Positions 24,007 to 34,002 of a stretch of DNA of 64,000 bases are shown piece by piece (the stretch's first letter is position 1; each line of letters begins with the position of its first letter). The position numbers were made by a program, and so were the translations under genes. The stretch covers positions 16,940,567 through 17,004,566 of the forward strand of contig CM120649.1 in NCBI GenBank assembly GCA_051362555.1, in the 5' to 3' direction. This stretch comes from Lingula anatina. Taxonomy: Eukaryota; Animalia; Brachiopoda. The notes beneath the pieces are model-generated. The model was not told the DNA's origin. It saw only the letters and a list, made by a program, of their open reading frames with translations, and searched no databases.

Positions 24007-27000
24007 ACAAATTGATTATGAAACAATTACTATATTTCAAATTTTATTTAATAAATATATTGCAATATATGTCATCACAACTTCATAGTAATTTTCAACA
24101 GTTGTTTCCAAGGATAATCTTGACATTGACAAGATGGAAGTGCCATCAGTACATAAACACCTACCACCCATAGTAGACAGTAATGATCCCTCACGTAAGC
24201 TTGATAATCACCAGCATGATAATGATAGTCACTAAATGTTAATCCCTTTCATTTATCATTTTCAAAGATTGGTAATGGCTTTCGTGGTAATGCCCAAGCA
24301 ACAAAAATGTGTAAAGACAACTACGTGCTTTGGCATGCTTAGTTGTTTTAGCATGGTTTTTCAGAGCTTTTTTACCACTGCTTCCGTACCGGATCACGTC
24401 GTTGCGCCATACACACCAAGCTTCTCCGGGGGACTTTCGCTTCCGAACATAGGTAGAAAAAAAATCGTCATTATTGTCCTTTTCCTCCAGCCAACTCCAA
24501 CTAAATCTATTTTTGACAGTAATGTCGATGTTTCTAATATCGTCTGTTCCCCTCTCCGCGAAATCCATTTAGTTTGGTTTAGTTCAAAATTCCGCGCACG
24601 CGGTGTCAAAACTTTCCACATGGGTGCCGACATTAAAGCCTACATTTCCAACCAATCAAGCGCCATAAATAAATCACGTGCTACGGTTGTGACTAGATAT
24701 TGTGTTGAAACGCAGCTCTGTCGCAATGGTTGAAATGCGACGTTCCTCTGACGCATCGTTCGTCCAGTCCGCGACCACGTTAAAAACGAGAATTCCGGAA
24801 CAAAATATAGTACCAGAAAATTTTATAACTGGACGCAAAAAACCGGAATTCCGGTAAAAACCGGAAGACTAGCATCCCTGTATATCACGGTAATATACCT
24901 GCAGGGATGCACTGATGCCATTGGTGGTCCAGGCAGGTGAGGATGTGTCTCCATGGTAACAGTTTTTTTGGCATGATCCTGGCTGAAGTCCTCGTACATC
25001 TGATCCACTGTGAGGGGCTTACGGTTCTAGAGTTATTAAAGAGGCAAATTATCAATAAAGATTTTAGTTAATTTAGAGAAAAAAAAAACTTTTGGTGCTT
25101 GTCTAAAACATTGGAATGTTATTGTACTTCCCTCTTTTAAAATAGAAATCTGACGCTGATTGAAGTTAATGTAACATTTTTTTGACATACACAATTTATA
25201 GAAGTGTCAAATTTTATTCCCCCCAAAAATAACCACCATACTTAAAGTATGAAGAAAGAGAAAATTAATACCGTAACTTCATATTAAACCGATGTTTGAC
25301 AGTCATTCTGGTAGTCGAATGGTGGAAGCAAAGCAAAGCGCTATTTCATATTTTACATAGACATACCTCATCATAACCATACAACCAAAGCCGAGGCGTC
25401 TGGTAGTATTTATCATATGTGATGTTTAAGTCGTAAGTTCTAGTCTGTAATATTCCGCTCTCTCCAGCACCTGCTGACGCAGCCTCAGTTTCCTGTTGGA
25501 CAGTGGCTGGGTCTAAGGTGGCCTGCAGAGAAAGAAAATAAACACAAGCCTTAACAAGGGGAGAGATGGATTTAATAGTTGGCATAAATAAATACAAGGA
25601 ATGAAAATCAAAAACGTTTTCATAAATCAAGATAAAGTGCTACATCTCTGTCATTTTTAATTTTATTTACTTGTTTATTTATTTGTTTGTTTGTTTTTTG
25701 AGCTTAAGCACAATCAATATCTGATTAGTTTTTCTGTAAGGGAAGTATAAGACACAAGATTTTTTTTAAAAAGTGAACATTTGAGGGAGATCAGGCAGAA
25801 TTTTGCCTGACTGTCCATCTGTATGTCTGTCTTTCAAACAAACTGCCAGTTTTCTTTGTCTGGCTCTGTCCTTATTTCATCTGTTTGTTTGTAGATCTAT
25901 CTGTCTGTCTTTTTGCCTGTCTGTCTGTTTGTCAGTTTCTTACAGTATCTTCAGCCTCCAGCATCCCAGACTCTTCAAATGCCTCCATGTCTTCTGCCTC
26001 TTCATCATCACCGTCATCCTCATCATCATCACCTCCCCCTTGTTGGGCTCCACTTGATGCTGCAGCACTAGCGCCACCCTTTGGGAAACATACAAAACAT
26101 TATAAGAATGAAGTTCACATGCTTGAAAGAGTTCTGGTCAGTTTTAACATATTTTGAGAGAGAGAAAAATATGAAAAAAGTTATGTGTCTGAAATATGTG
26201 AGCAAAAAACTGTTCATAGGTGACATCTACTTCTTTAGGTCCATTACTAACCTTAGAATCTAAAGTCATCTCAGCTACTGCATCTTGGACCTGCCCAACT
26301 GATGTGTCTAGAAATGAAGAGATTTCATTTTTAAAACAGGAGATGACTTTACAAAATAACTCTACGAAAAACCGGGATGTTATGCTCCCCCGCACACAAG
26401 TACACCTTCATGACAATCAAGTGCACAAAATCTAAAAGCTACAATTTCATCCAACTACCAAAGTCCGATTTTTTAAGGATCTCTGCGGCCTTAAAAATTG
26501 GCTAGTTGTGATTATGTCTCAAATAATACATTCAAACATAATCCCACCTGCAAAGTGATGAAGTGATTGTGTCAATATCTCTACTAACACAATGAAATAT
26601 TTGCCCACTTATGAAGTGGTGGAGAAATCAAGACAATATCTCAACTAACACAATGAAATATTTGCCCACTTATAAAGTGGTGAGGAAATCAAGACGATAT
26701 CTCAACTAACACAATGCCATATTAACCTACCAGCAAAGTGGTGAGTGTCCACCCAGCCCCCGTCTCCATCCTGGGTCTCTATCACCAGCTCGTGCTCCTC
26801 CTGGTGAGTGTCCATCTGCTTCACACGGCGGTAACATGGCACTGGAAGTAACAGCATTTATAAGTCATACTTACTTTACAATATTGATTAAATGTCATCT
26901 GCAATCTGCAGATTGGTTATCTCTGATATACGGTGCTCACAAAAATAATAAAAGAAAATAATAATTTACAGAATTTACATTCACAAGGTCAGAGTAATTT

Positions 27001-30000
27001 TCAGTTTTAGCATTAGATAGGACAGAAAGGTCTTTTTGTGATCAAATTTGCATAACTGAAGCTATTTTCTAGTTTTACCATTTTTAGTTATGAGAAACTG
27101 TTTCTCCCTGGGTAGATATGGTTTTATTTTGGACTCGTCTCCTGATGCCCACTGCCATGTAGGACAATGGTGAACAATGTGATCTCCTGCAGCTACAAAC
27201 TGGAATAAAACCAACACCAAGAGTTTGTGATGATGAAAATAACAATAAGAAGGAAAAGAGGGAGAAGAATAAATAAATAAATAAACAATGGAAAAATAAC
27301 AAATTAAAATAGAACATGAACATTTTTTTTATATATGTTATAACCCTTAAGTATGAGGAATCAATAACTTAAATATATGCCAGATATATACATTTTTTCA
27401 CTTTATCTTCAGTTTGAGGAAATGGTTTCATTAATTAAAAAAAGCTTAAAACAAGATGTAAGATGCAACAAGCATTTGAGATATAAACACAGCCCACTTT
27501 AAGAAAAGATGAGGATGCAAGAAGAATACAATCTCTAGAAATATCAGTTATTGATTTATATTCCCTTTTAAATCTTTTCAACAACATGGAAATGCAGCAT
27601 CACTAAGTGGAATTCTGATAGACTGACAATAATTATGTCTTTATGTATTTTAGTTTCCATGTGTTTAATTAAAAAAGCAGACAAATAACAGAAGCTGTAA
27701 TCTCTGTTTAACTTATTCAAATAGTTGACTTATTCTAAAACTATCATCAGTCTGCCATATTTTCATTTTCTACATGCAAAATGCAAGTAAAACTGAAGCC
27801 AAGACAGTAACTTTCTTTTTGTTCAGTTACTGAACAATGTTTTGGGCCAGTAATTTTTTTAAAGATATCTATTGGTGTCTGAAGGACCAGTAGAACCAGT
27901 AGAACCCAAAAAACTTTGGTCCAGCTGTTATGGTTCTTAACACTATCGGTCAAGCTTATAGTAACCCCAACCCTCTGTCATCAATTATCATTAAATAGCA
28001 CTCTCACTAATGTACGTAGTATAAACACTTGACAGCAGTGATCCCTCTGATCAGTAGACACAATGTATTTATATCAGCACACATAGAAATAAAGTTAGTT
28101 GTTGCAGTCAAGTCCTTCCTGGAGTTGTTTCATGGTGTCAGAAGTACGTGACTGTGTTTTATAACAATACAGTGAGCCAACGCTGATAACCAGTTGATAA
28201 AAAAGTCTTTCCACATGGAGCTGGGAGCTTTACCAGTACCTGCCATGAACTGGCATGCTACTGATGCAGTTCAGGAGTACAAGAAGTTCAAACAGATGTG
28301 CTATACTTTGATGGTCCACTAAAGAACAAATCTAAGACTGAAAAGATTGCGTACCTCCAGATATGGGCTGGAGAGACTGGACGAGACCTAGTTAGCACAT
28401 GGAACTTGACTGGGGATGAATCTAAGGAATTAAAAACCTACTTTGACAAATTTGAAGAATTTGTTAAGCCTAAAAGCAATTTTAGACTAGCCAGATTTAA
28501 GCTGAGGACCCTTACGCAAGGTAACGGGGAAACTGTAGATCAATTCTTGAAGAGAATTCGTTCTCTGGTCAGCGAGTGCAAGTATACCCAACCAGATGAA
28601 CAAATACTTGACACGCTCATTTTTGGATGCAAATCAGCCCGCACGCAGTCCAAATTACTGGAATTGGGTGAAACTCTGTCATTGGACAAGGCGATCGACA
28701 TTGCAAGAACTCAGGAAGCAACCTCGCAGCAACTCACAGACATCAATCGAGACGCCCAGGTCCATGCAGTCAAGCACAACAAACCGTTTCGCCATAAACC
28801 TACATTTAAAGGGACACATAAGAAGAGAGAAACTTCTACCATGGCCTCAAAGTGCCACCCCACAATGGAAAATCAGTGCAATAACTGTGGATCAAAACAT
28901 GATCATAGTAAAAGAGAGCTGTGCCCAGCATACGGCTCCACATGCTTTGGCTGTGGGAAACTTAACCACTGGAGAAAGTGCTGCCGCTCCGAGCACAAGC
29001 AGTCCACAATTCATCGTGGAAACAGGCCACACAGACACGCCGTCACTCCCAAGCAGCAAATGCATAGAGTGCATGCCTGCAGCGAAGACGACTGTGAGCC
29101 ACAAGAGACCAACGAGCTATATTTTAGCCCAATATACGTGGGCAGCATTGAAAGCAAGCGTGCTTTCATTAACCTGAAAATCAGCTCTGAGCAAAATAGT
29201 ATCACTTTTCCGTGCAAAGTTGATACTGGTGCCGATGGAAACCTAATCACGAAGAAAGACTATGCCAAATTATGCCCTAATAATACCAATTTGAAACCGT
29301 CTGGCGTCAAAATTGTAGCCTTTGGTGGTCAACGCATACCTCATTATGGATCATGCACCTTGACACTGACGTATGGAGGTTCAAATACTGAGCATGAATT
29401 TCACGTTGTCGAAACCAATGGGCCGACTATCCTAGGCATAGACACCTGCCAGAAACTAGGCTTAGTTACACTTAACTATGCTGTTGATCTGGAGGACATA
29501 CAGCACTCCAATGCTAACAATGCCCTTCTGGAACAGTACCCCGACTGTTTCCAAGGCATTGGCTGTTTTAAAGGGGAATACCACATTACCCTTGATCCCT
29601 CGGTGCCACCAGTGGTGCATCCACCACGCCGTGTACCAGAAGCGTTACGTGAGCCTCTCAAAGCGGAGCTCGAGTCTCTTGAAAAGAAAGGCATCATCGC
29701 TAAAGTAGAGGAGCCAACAGACTGGGTCAATTCGTTAGTCTGTGTCACAAAGGCTGATGGCAGCATACGCCTGTGCTTAGACCCAAAAGATCTAAATGCC
29801 GCGATAAAAAGGCCACATCATCGAATCCCAAGCTTTGACGAAATTTTACCAAGGCTTAGCGGAGCCCGCTATTTTTCAATTCTGGATGCTCGTAGTGGTT
29901 ACTGGAACATTAAACTTGACCATGAGAGTTCACTGTACACCACTTTCAATTCACCTCACGGTCGATACCGTTTCCTACGACTTCCATTTGGCCTTGTATG

Positions 30001-33000
30001 CGCCCAAGATGTTTTCCAGAAAAAGGTAGATGAAGCCTTCGGAGACCTAGACGGAATTACAGGAATCATTGACGACATCGTTGTCCATGGGAAAACCAAA
30101 GAGGAGCACGACAGAAATTTGCATCTCCTCATGGATCGTGCCAGAAAAATAGGCATCCGTTTCAATCCAGATAAAATGCGCATCAGATGCAGCGAAATTC
30201 CATTCTTTGGAAACATACTCAGTTCGGAGGGTCTACAACCTGACCCGAAGAAAGTGGAATCCATCCACAGCATGGATCCGTCCAGCAACCTCGCCGATCT
30301 TCAAACGTTTCTTGGCCTCACCCAGTACCTCAGCAGGTTCATACCCAACCTGGCTTCCATTTCAGCAGTACTGTGGGACTTAACTAAGAGCAAGAATGAG
30401 TTCGTTTGGAGCCCAGAGCATCACGCTGCAGTAGAGAAAATCAAATCTGTCATCACCTCACCAGAAACATTGCAATATTTTGACAGTAGCAAACCTGTAA
30501 CGATTCAGGTTGACGCATCGCAGCGCGGCCTCGGCGCCACTTTGATGCAGAACAATCGCCCTGTCGAATACAGGAGCAAATTACTAACAGAAACCGAGAC
30601 ACGGTATTCAAACATAGAGCGTGAAATGCTTGCAGTTGTACATGGATTAGAGAAGTTCCATTACTACGCTTATGGCCGCAAAGTCACTGTTGAAAGTGAT
30701 CATAAGCCTCTCCAATCCATATTCCAGAAACATGTGAACAATGCACCTCCCAGAATCGCAAGGATGATGTTGCGCATTCAGAAATATGATGTAACAATCA
30801 AATATGTGCCAGGAAAGAACATTCCAGTCGCTGATGCTCTTTCCAGATTGTCAAAATGCGAAGGTGACACCATTCAAGGTGTAGATGTCACAGTGCATGA
30901 GATCGACATGCAGCTGAATGCAAGCCCCACCAGACTAAAGCAGATCCGAGAAGAAACGTCCAAGGACGAGACGCTTCACTCTCTTCGAAACTTCATCACA
31001 AACGGATGGCCAAACACTAGATCAGAGTGTCCATCGCACCTCCACGACTATTGGAATTACCGTGATGAATTGTCAGTATTTGATGGCCTTATTCTAAAGG
31101 GAACTAGAATCCTGATCCCAACAACGCTTCAAGCAGCAGTGTTAGAACAGTTACACTATGCTCATCAAGGAGCTGAAAAGTGCAAACTTCGTGCCAAAGG
31201 ATCTGTATTTTGGGTCAACATTAATCGAGACATCGAAAACATGGTTAAAGCATGTGCACCATGCCAACACAACCAGAAGGCAAACGTCAAACAACCGCTA
31301 ATGCCACACGACGTACCACAAAAACCATGGCACACACTGGGAGCAGACTTATTTTTCATTGACAATGACAGTTACTTGCTCATATCTGACTATTACAGCA
31401 AATTTCCAGTAGTCAGAAAGCTGAACAATTTGCAGTCCAACACTACCATTGCTTACATGAAATCAATCTTTGAAGAATTCGGAATCCCGAGAAAGCTTAT
31501 CACTGGAAATGACACTCAGTTTACTTCGGCTGAATTCCAGAAATTTAGCCACGATTATGGCTTCGAGCACGTCCAAACAAGCCCCCACTATTCACAGGCC
31601 AATGGATTTATTGAACGAGCTGTTCAAACTGTTAAAAATCTGCTGATTAAATGCAAGGAAGCTAAAACCGATCCTCATATGGCCATGTTGTGCCTTAGAT
31701 GCACACCATTAGATCACAACATACCATCGCCAGCAGAACTCTTAAATTCTCGTGCTTATGATACCAATCTTCCTGCCATCCAACCCCACCTGTCACATGC
31801 CTCTTATGACGGTGAAATAAATGCATACATGCAAAGAAAAAAGGATAAAGAAAAGAGCAGATATGATCAGTCAGCCAGAAAGCTATCTGACCTACTTCCT
31901 GGTCAGCATGTGAGAGTACGACATCCCCAGAGTCACAAATGGGAACCAGCAATTGTAGATTCTACGAGACCAAACAGGAGCTATGTTGTAAAAACTAACA
32001 ATGGTGGTCAGTATGTACGCAACCGTATACACATACGTCCAACAGGAGAGAAATTCAATCAGTCTGACTTTGAAAACACCCATTTGCAAAATCATTCACC
32101 AAACAATGATCAGGAGTCCCGCTTTGAGAATTCAGAAGCAGCTCAGAACAAACAAGTGCCAAACACTGTGGATAACACTGTACCCCAATCACCAGTGCCA
32201 TCTCCACGACGATCTACTAGAATAACAAAAGCACCTGATAGACTGAACTTGTAACTTGTACATATGCATAAACAATGTCATATAGCTCTACTAGCTAGGA
32301 TTTTATTTATCACTGTATTAACTTTATTTTACTCACTTAAACTACATGCTTCACATGTGAGACTTCTCTTGCACAAGGTATTACTCAAGAAATCAAAAAG
32401 ACATTTATTCTCTGTTGCCACTATCAACCCTTTATTTAGCACCGATTATCTTTTCTAAAGGAAGAAGGGGATGTTATGGTTCTTAACACTATCGGTCAAG
32501 CTTATAGTAACCCCAACCCTCTGTCATCAATTATCATTAAATAGCACTCTCACTAATGTACGTAGTATAAACACTTGACAGCAGTGATCCCTCTGATCAG
32601 TAGACACAATGTATTTATATCAGCACACATAGAAATAAAGTTAGTTGTTGCAGTCAAGTCCTTCCTGGAGTTGTTTCACCAGCCTGCACCATATGACCGG
32701 TCTAGGGGCGTACCCACCTCTTCCGGTGTAATCACTCCAGTCTCCTTGAATTTTGACTCCTGAAAATAAAATGTGAAGATGACACGTCGTTTAATGTCAG
32801 AGCTGTATTTTGATAGTAAATCAGAACCTCCATAATAGATATTGAGCAAAATCAGTGCTTTGAAATTGATACATTACTATTTTTTTTCATTAGCTTCGAG
32901 ATGTATATGATCTCTGGGTACATTTGTCATGCCAAAATAGGTACTGTCTGATTTAAAGAATATAAATGCATCTATGAATAACCACAATGGGGTTGTAAAA

Positions 33001-34002
33001 ACAATGGTGCTGCATGGGATAATTTTAGTGTTACTGTCAGAAATGATATGCAGCCTGTTTCACACTGAAAAGAAATTAAACCTACTTTGCCATCACATAT
33101 TTCAAATTTGCTTTTTCTTCATGAATTCCCTTTGAAAATAATCTTGTGCAAAATTTCATTTTATTTGACACTTGTCTGTAAAATACACATCTGGCATGCA
33201 CCTATTTTGGCATGACATATATAGTGCCAGACGCAGGGTAGAACCAGCCGGATAGCTCAGGTGGTAGAGCACTCGCCCTGTTAGCGAGAGATCCCCGGTT
33301 CGATCCCTGGTCTGGCAGGTGACTTATACACTCTCCCAAAAATGCACTACACACAAGTAATATTTAATTCCAAATTCAAACATATGCAAGGGAAAAGAAA
33401 AACAGCATTACACTTGTTCAATAAACAATATACATGTAACAGGAAGACTGTGATCCCATTCCCAAAGACACCATCAACCCAACTCTGCGGGGATTCTCAC
33501 AAAGTGCAATCACTTTTACTAGATGACACACCTCTTTTTGTTTCCAATACACTAGTATTATAACCCCCTTTTCTGTATTCTACTCAATGCCAGGAAGAAG
33601 TGTGTCATTCAGTTAAGCTGACTGCTGTCAGCAAGAGTCCCCACAGAGTAAGGTCTATCCACGTGGACCGATGATGTCTATGGGAATGGGGCCTTTTGCT
33701 TAGGGAAGCATACTACCGATACATACACTGTAGACAGGTAGTATGAACATCTACTACTATATGCAACAAATGCAACAAGAAGAGCTTTCATTCAATATTC
33801 AGCAACAGGTGCAATGTTCTCGCCAGTGCTATCATCGTCCACAGTGATGACTCACTATCACACACACAGAAGTCAGAACTTCTGGACAGCAGCTCAAATT
33901 GTCGCCATCAATAATGATGACCAAACTTACCTTGAGTACAGGTGTAAAATACTCTGCTACGCCTAACGCACTTCCTTTGACAGCATTTATCACATTCTGC
34001 AT
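23312..34002 (-). CDS. ATG3: Autophagy-related E2-like enzyme ATG3 (9 exons, 323 aa)
   Basis: Exons 34002-33931, 32759-32718, 27199-27079, 26841-26731, 26307-26252, 26078-25944, 25522-25367, 25026-24899, 23462-23312; 972 nt, phases consistent. Reads [45 protein letters not shown]...[12 protein letters not shown]...catalytic HPCRHA...[22 protein letters not shown]. Confidence 0.97.
23921..24880 (-). mobile_element. Internally deleted DNA transposon (hAT-like) with a transposase N-terminal remnant, in ATG3 intron 8
   Basis: 13-bp TIR CAGGGATGCTAGT; 6-bp TSD TATATC at 23915-23920 and 24881-24886. The minus-strand remnant [31 protein letters not shown] resembles a decayed C2H2/BED-type finger. 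Superfamily is inferred. Confidence 0.8.
26535..26745. repeat. 61-bp tandem repeat derived from the ATG3 exon 4 end and donor region
   Basis: Unit starts at 26573, 26634 and 26695; each carries AAGTGGTG matching the exon end at 26736-26743. Confidence 0.7.
27926..28132 (+). repeat. 5' LTR
   Basis: TG...CA, 207 bp, followed directly by the PBS; contains TATAAA and AATAAA. Confidence 0.95.
28298..32254 (+). CDS. Gypsy gag-pol polyprotein (Gag with two Zn knuckles, protease, RT, RNase H, integrase)
   Basis: 1318-codon ORF: CNNCGSKH..C and [14 protein letters not shown] knuckles; VDTGAD protease; LDARSGYW and [10 protein letters not shown]; VDAS..EREMLA RNase H; HYAH..CAPC plus integrase core. 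Order PR-RT-RH-IN. The probable true ATG at 28215 is in another frame. Confidence 0.95.
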   Translation: MLYFDGPLKNKSKTEKIAYLQIWAGETGRDLVSTWNLTGDESKELKTYFDKFEEFVKPKSNFRLARFKLRTLTQGNGETVDQFLKRIRSLVSECKYTQPDEQILDTLIFGCKSARTQSKLLELGETLSLDKAIDIARTQEATSQQLTDINRDAQVHAVKHNKPFRHKPTFKGTHKKRETSTMASKCHPTMENQCNNCGSKHDHSKRELCPAYGSTCFGCGKLNHWRKCCRSEHKQSTIHRGNRPHRHAVTPKQQMHRVHACSEDDCEPQETNELYFSPIYVGSIESKRAFINLKISSEQNSITFPCKVDTGADGNLITKKDYAKLCPNNTNLKPSGVKIVAFGGQRIPHYGSCTLTLTYGGSNTEHEFHVVETNGPTILGIDTCQKLGLVTLNYAVDLEDIQHSNANNALLEQYPDCFQGIGCFKGEYHITLDPSVPPVVHPPRRVPEALREPLKAELESLEKKGIIAKVEEPTDWVNSLVCVTKADGSIRLCLDPKDLNAAIKRPHHRIPSFDEILPRLSGARYFSILDARSGYWNIKLDHESSLYTTFNSPHGRYRFLRLPFGLVCAQDVFQKKVDEAFGDLDGITGIIDDIVVHGKTKEEHDRNLHLLMDRARKIGIRFNPDKMRIRCSEIPFFGNILSSEGLQPDPKKVESIHSMDPSSNLADLQTFLGLTQYLSRFIPNLASISAVLWDLTKSKNEFVWSPEHHAAVEKIKSVITSPETLQYFDSSKPVTIQVDASQRGLGATLMQNNRPVEYRSKLLTETETRYSNIEREMLAVVHGLEKFHYYAYGRKVTVESDHKPLQSIFQKHVNNAPPRIARMMLRIQKYDVTIKYVPGKNIPVADALSRLSKCEGDTIQGVDVTVHEIDMQLNASPTRLKQIREETSKDETLHSLRNFITNGWPNTRSECPSHLHDYWNYRDELSVFDGLILKGTRILIPTTLQAAVLEQLHYAHQGAEKCKLRAKGSVFWVNINRDIENMVKACAPCQHNQKANVKQPLMPHDVPQKPWHTLGADLFFIDNDSYLLISDYYSKFPVVRKLNNLQSNTTIAYMKSIFEEFGIPRKLITGNDTQFTSAEFQKFSHDYGFEHVQTSPHYSQANGFIERAVQTVKNLLIKCKEAKTDPHMAMLCLRCTPLDHNIPSPAELLNSRAYDTNLPAIQPHLSHASYDGEINAYMQRKKDKEKSRYDQSARKLSDLLPGQHVRVRHPQSHKWEPAIVDSTRPNRSYVVKTNNGGQYVRNRIHIRPTGEKFNQSDFENTHLQNHSPNNDQESRFENSEAAQNKQVPNTVDNTVPQSPVPSPRRSTRITKAPDRLNL
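32472..32678 (+). repeat. 3' LTR
   Basis: Identical to the 5' LTR; preceded by the polypurine tract AAAGGAAGAAGGGGA. Confidence 0.95.
33246..33317 (+). repeat. tRNA-like sequence (pseudo-tRNA or SINE head) in ATG3 intron 1
   Basis: A box TAGCTCAGGTGG, B box GGTTCGATCC, stems GCTC/GAGC and CTCGC/GCGAG. The anticodon loop CCTGTTA lacks U33 and there are stem mismatches, so it is probably not a functional tRNA. Confidence 0.65.
33452..33692. mobile_element. MITE (GATCCCATTCCCA / TGGGAATGGGGC termini)
   Basis: Inverted termini resemble those of the 2586/39571 family; the interior matches 11542-11736. Confidence 0.6.

Larger units (their letters stand above)
27926..32678 (+). mobile_element. Full-length Ty3/Gypsy LTR retrotransposon (Mag-like) in ATG3 intron 2, antisense to the host gene
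   Basis: 207-bp TG...CA LTRs at 27926-28132 and 32472-32678, identical by eye. TSD CCAGC at 27921-27925 and 32679-32683. PBS TGGTGTCAGAAGT at 28133-28145 (complementary to a tRNA-Leu 3' end). Polypurine tract at 32457-32471. Confidence 0.97.

Noticed and set aside
33246-33317. Functional tRNA-Thr(TGT) gene
   Set aside because: No U33 or purine 37 in the anticodon loop, mismatches in the acceptor and T stems, and no T-run terminator; treated as a pseudo-tRNA or SINE.
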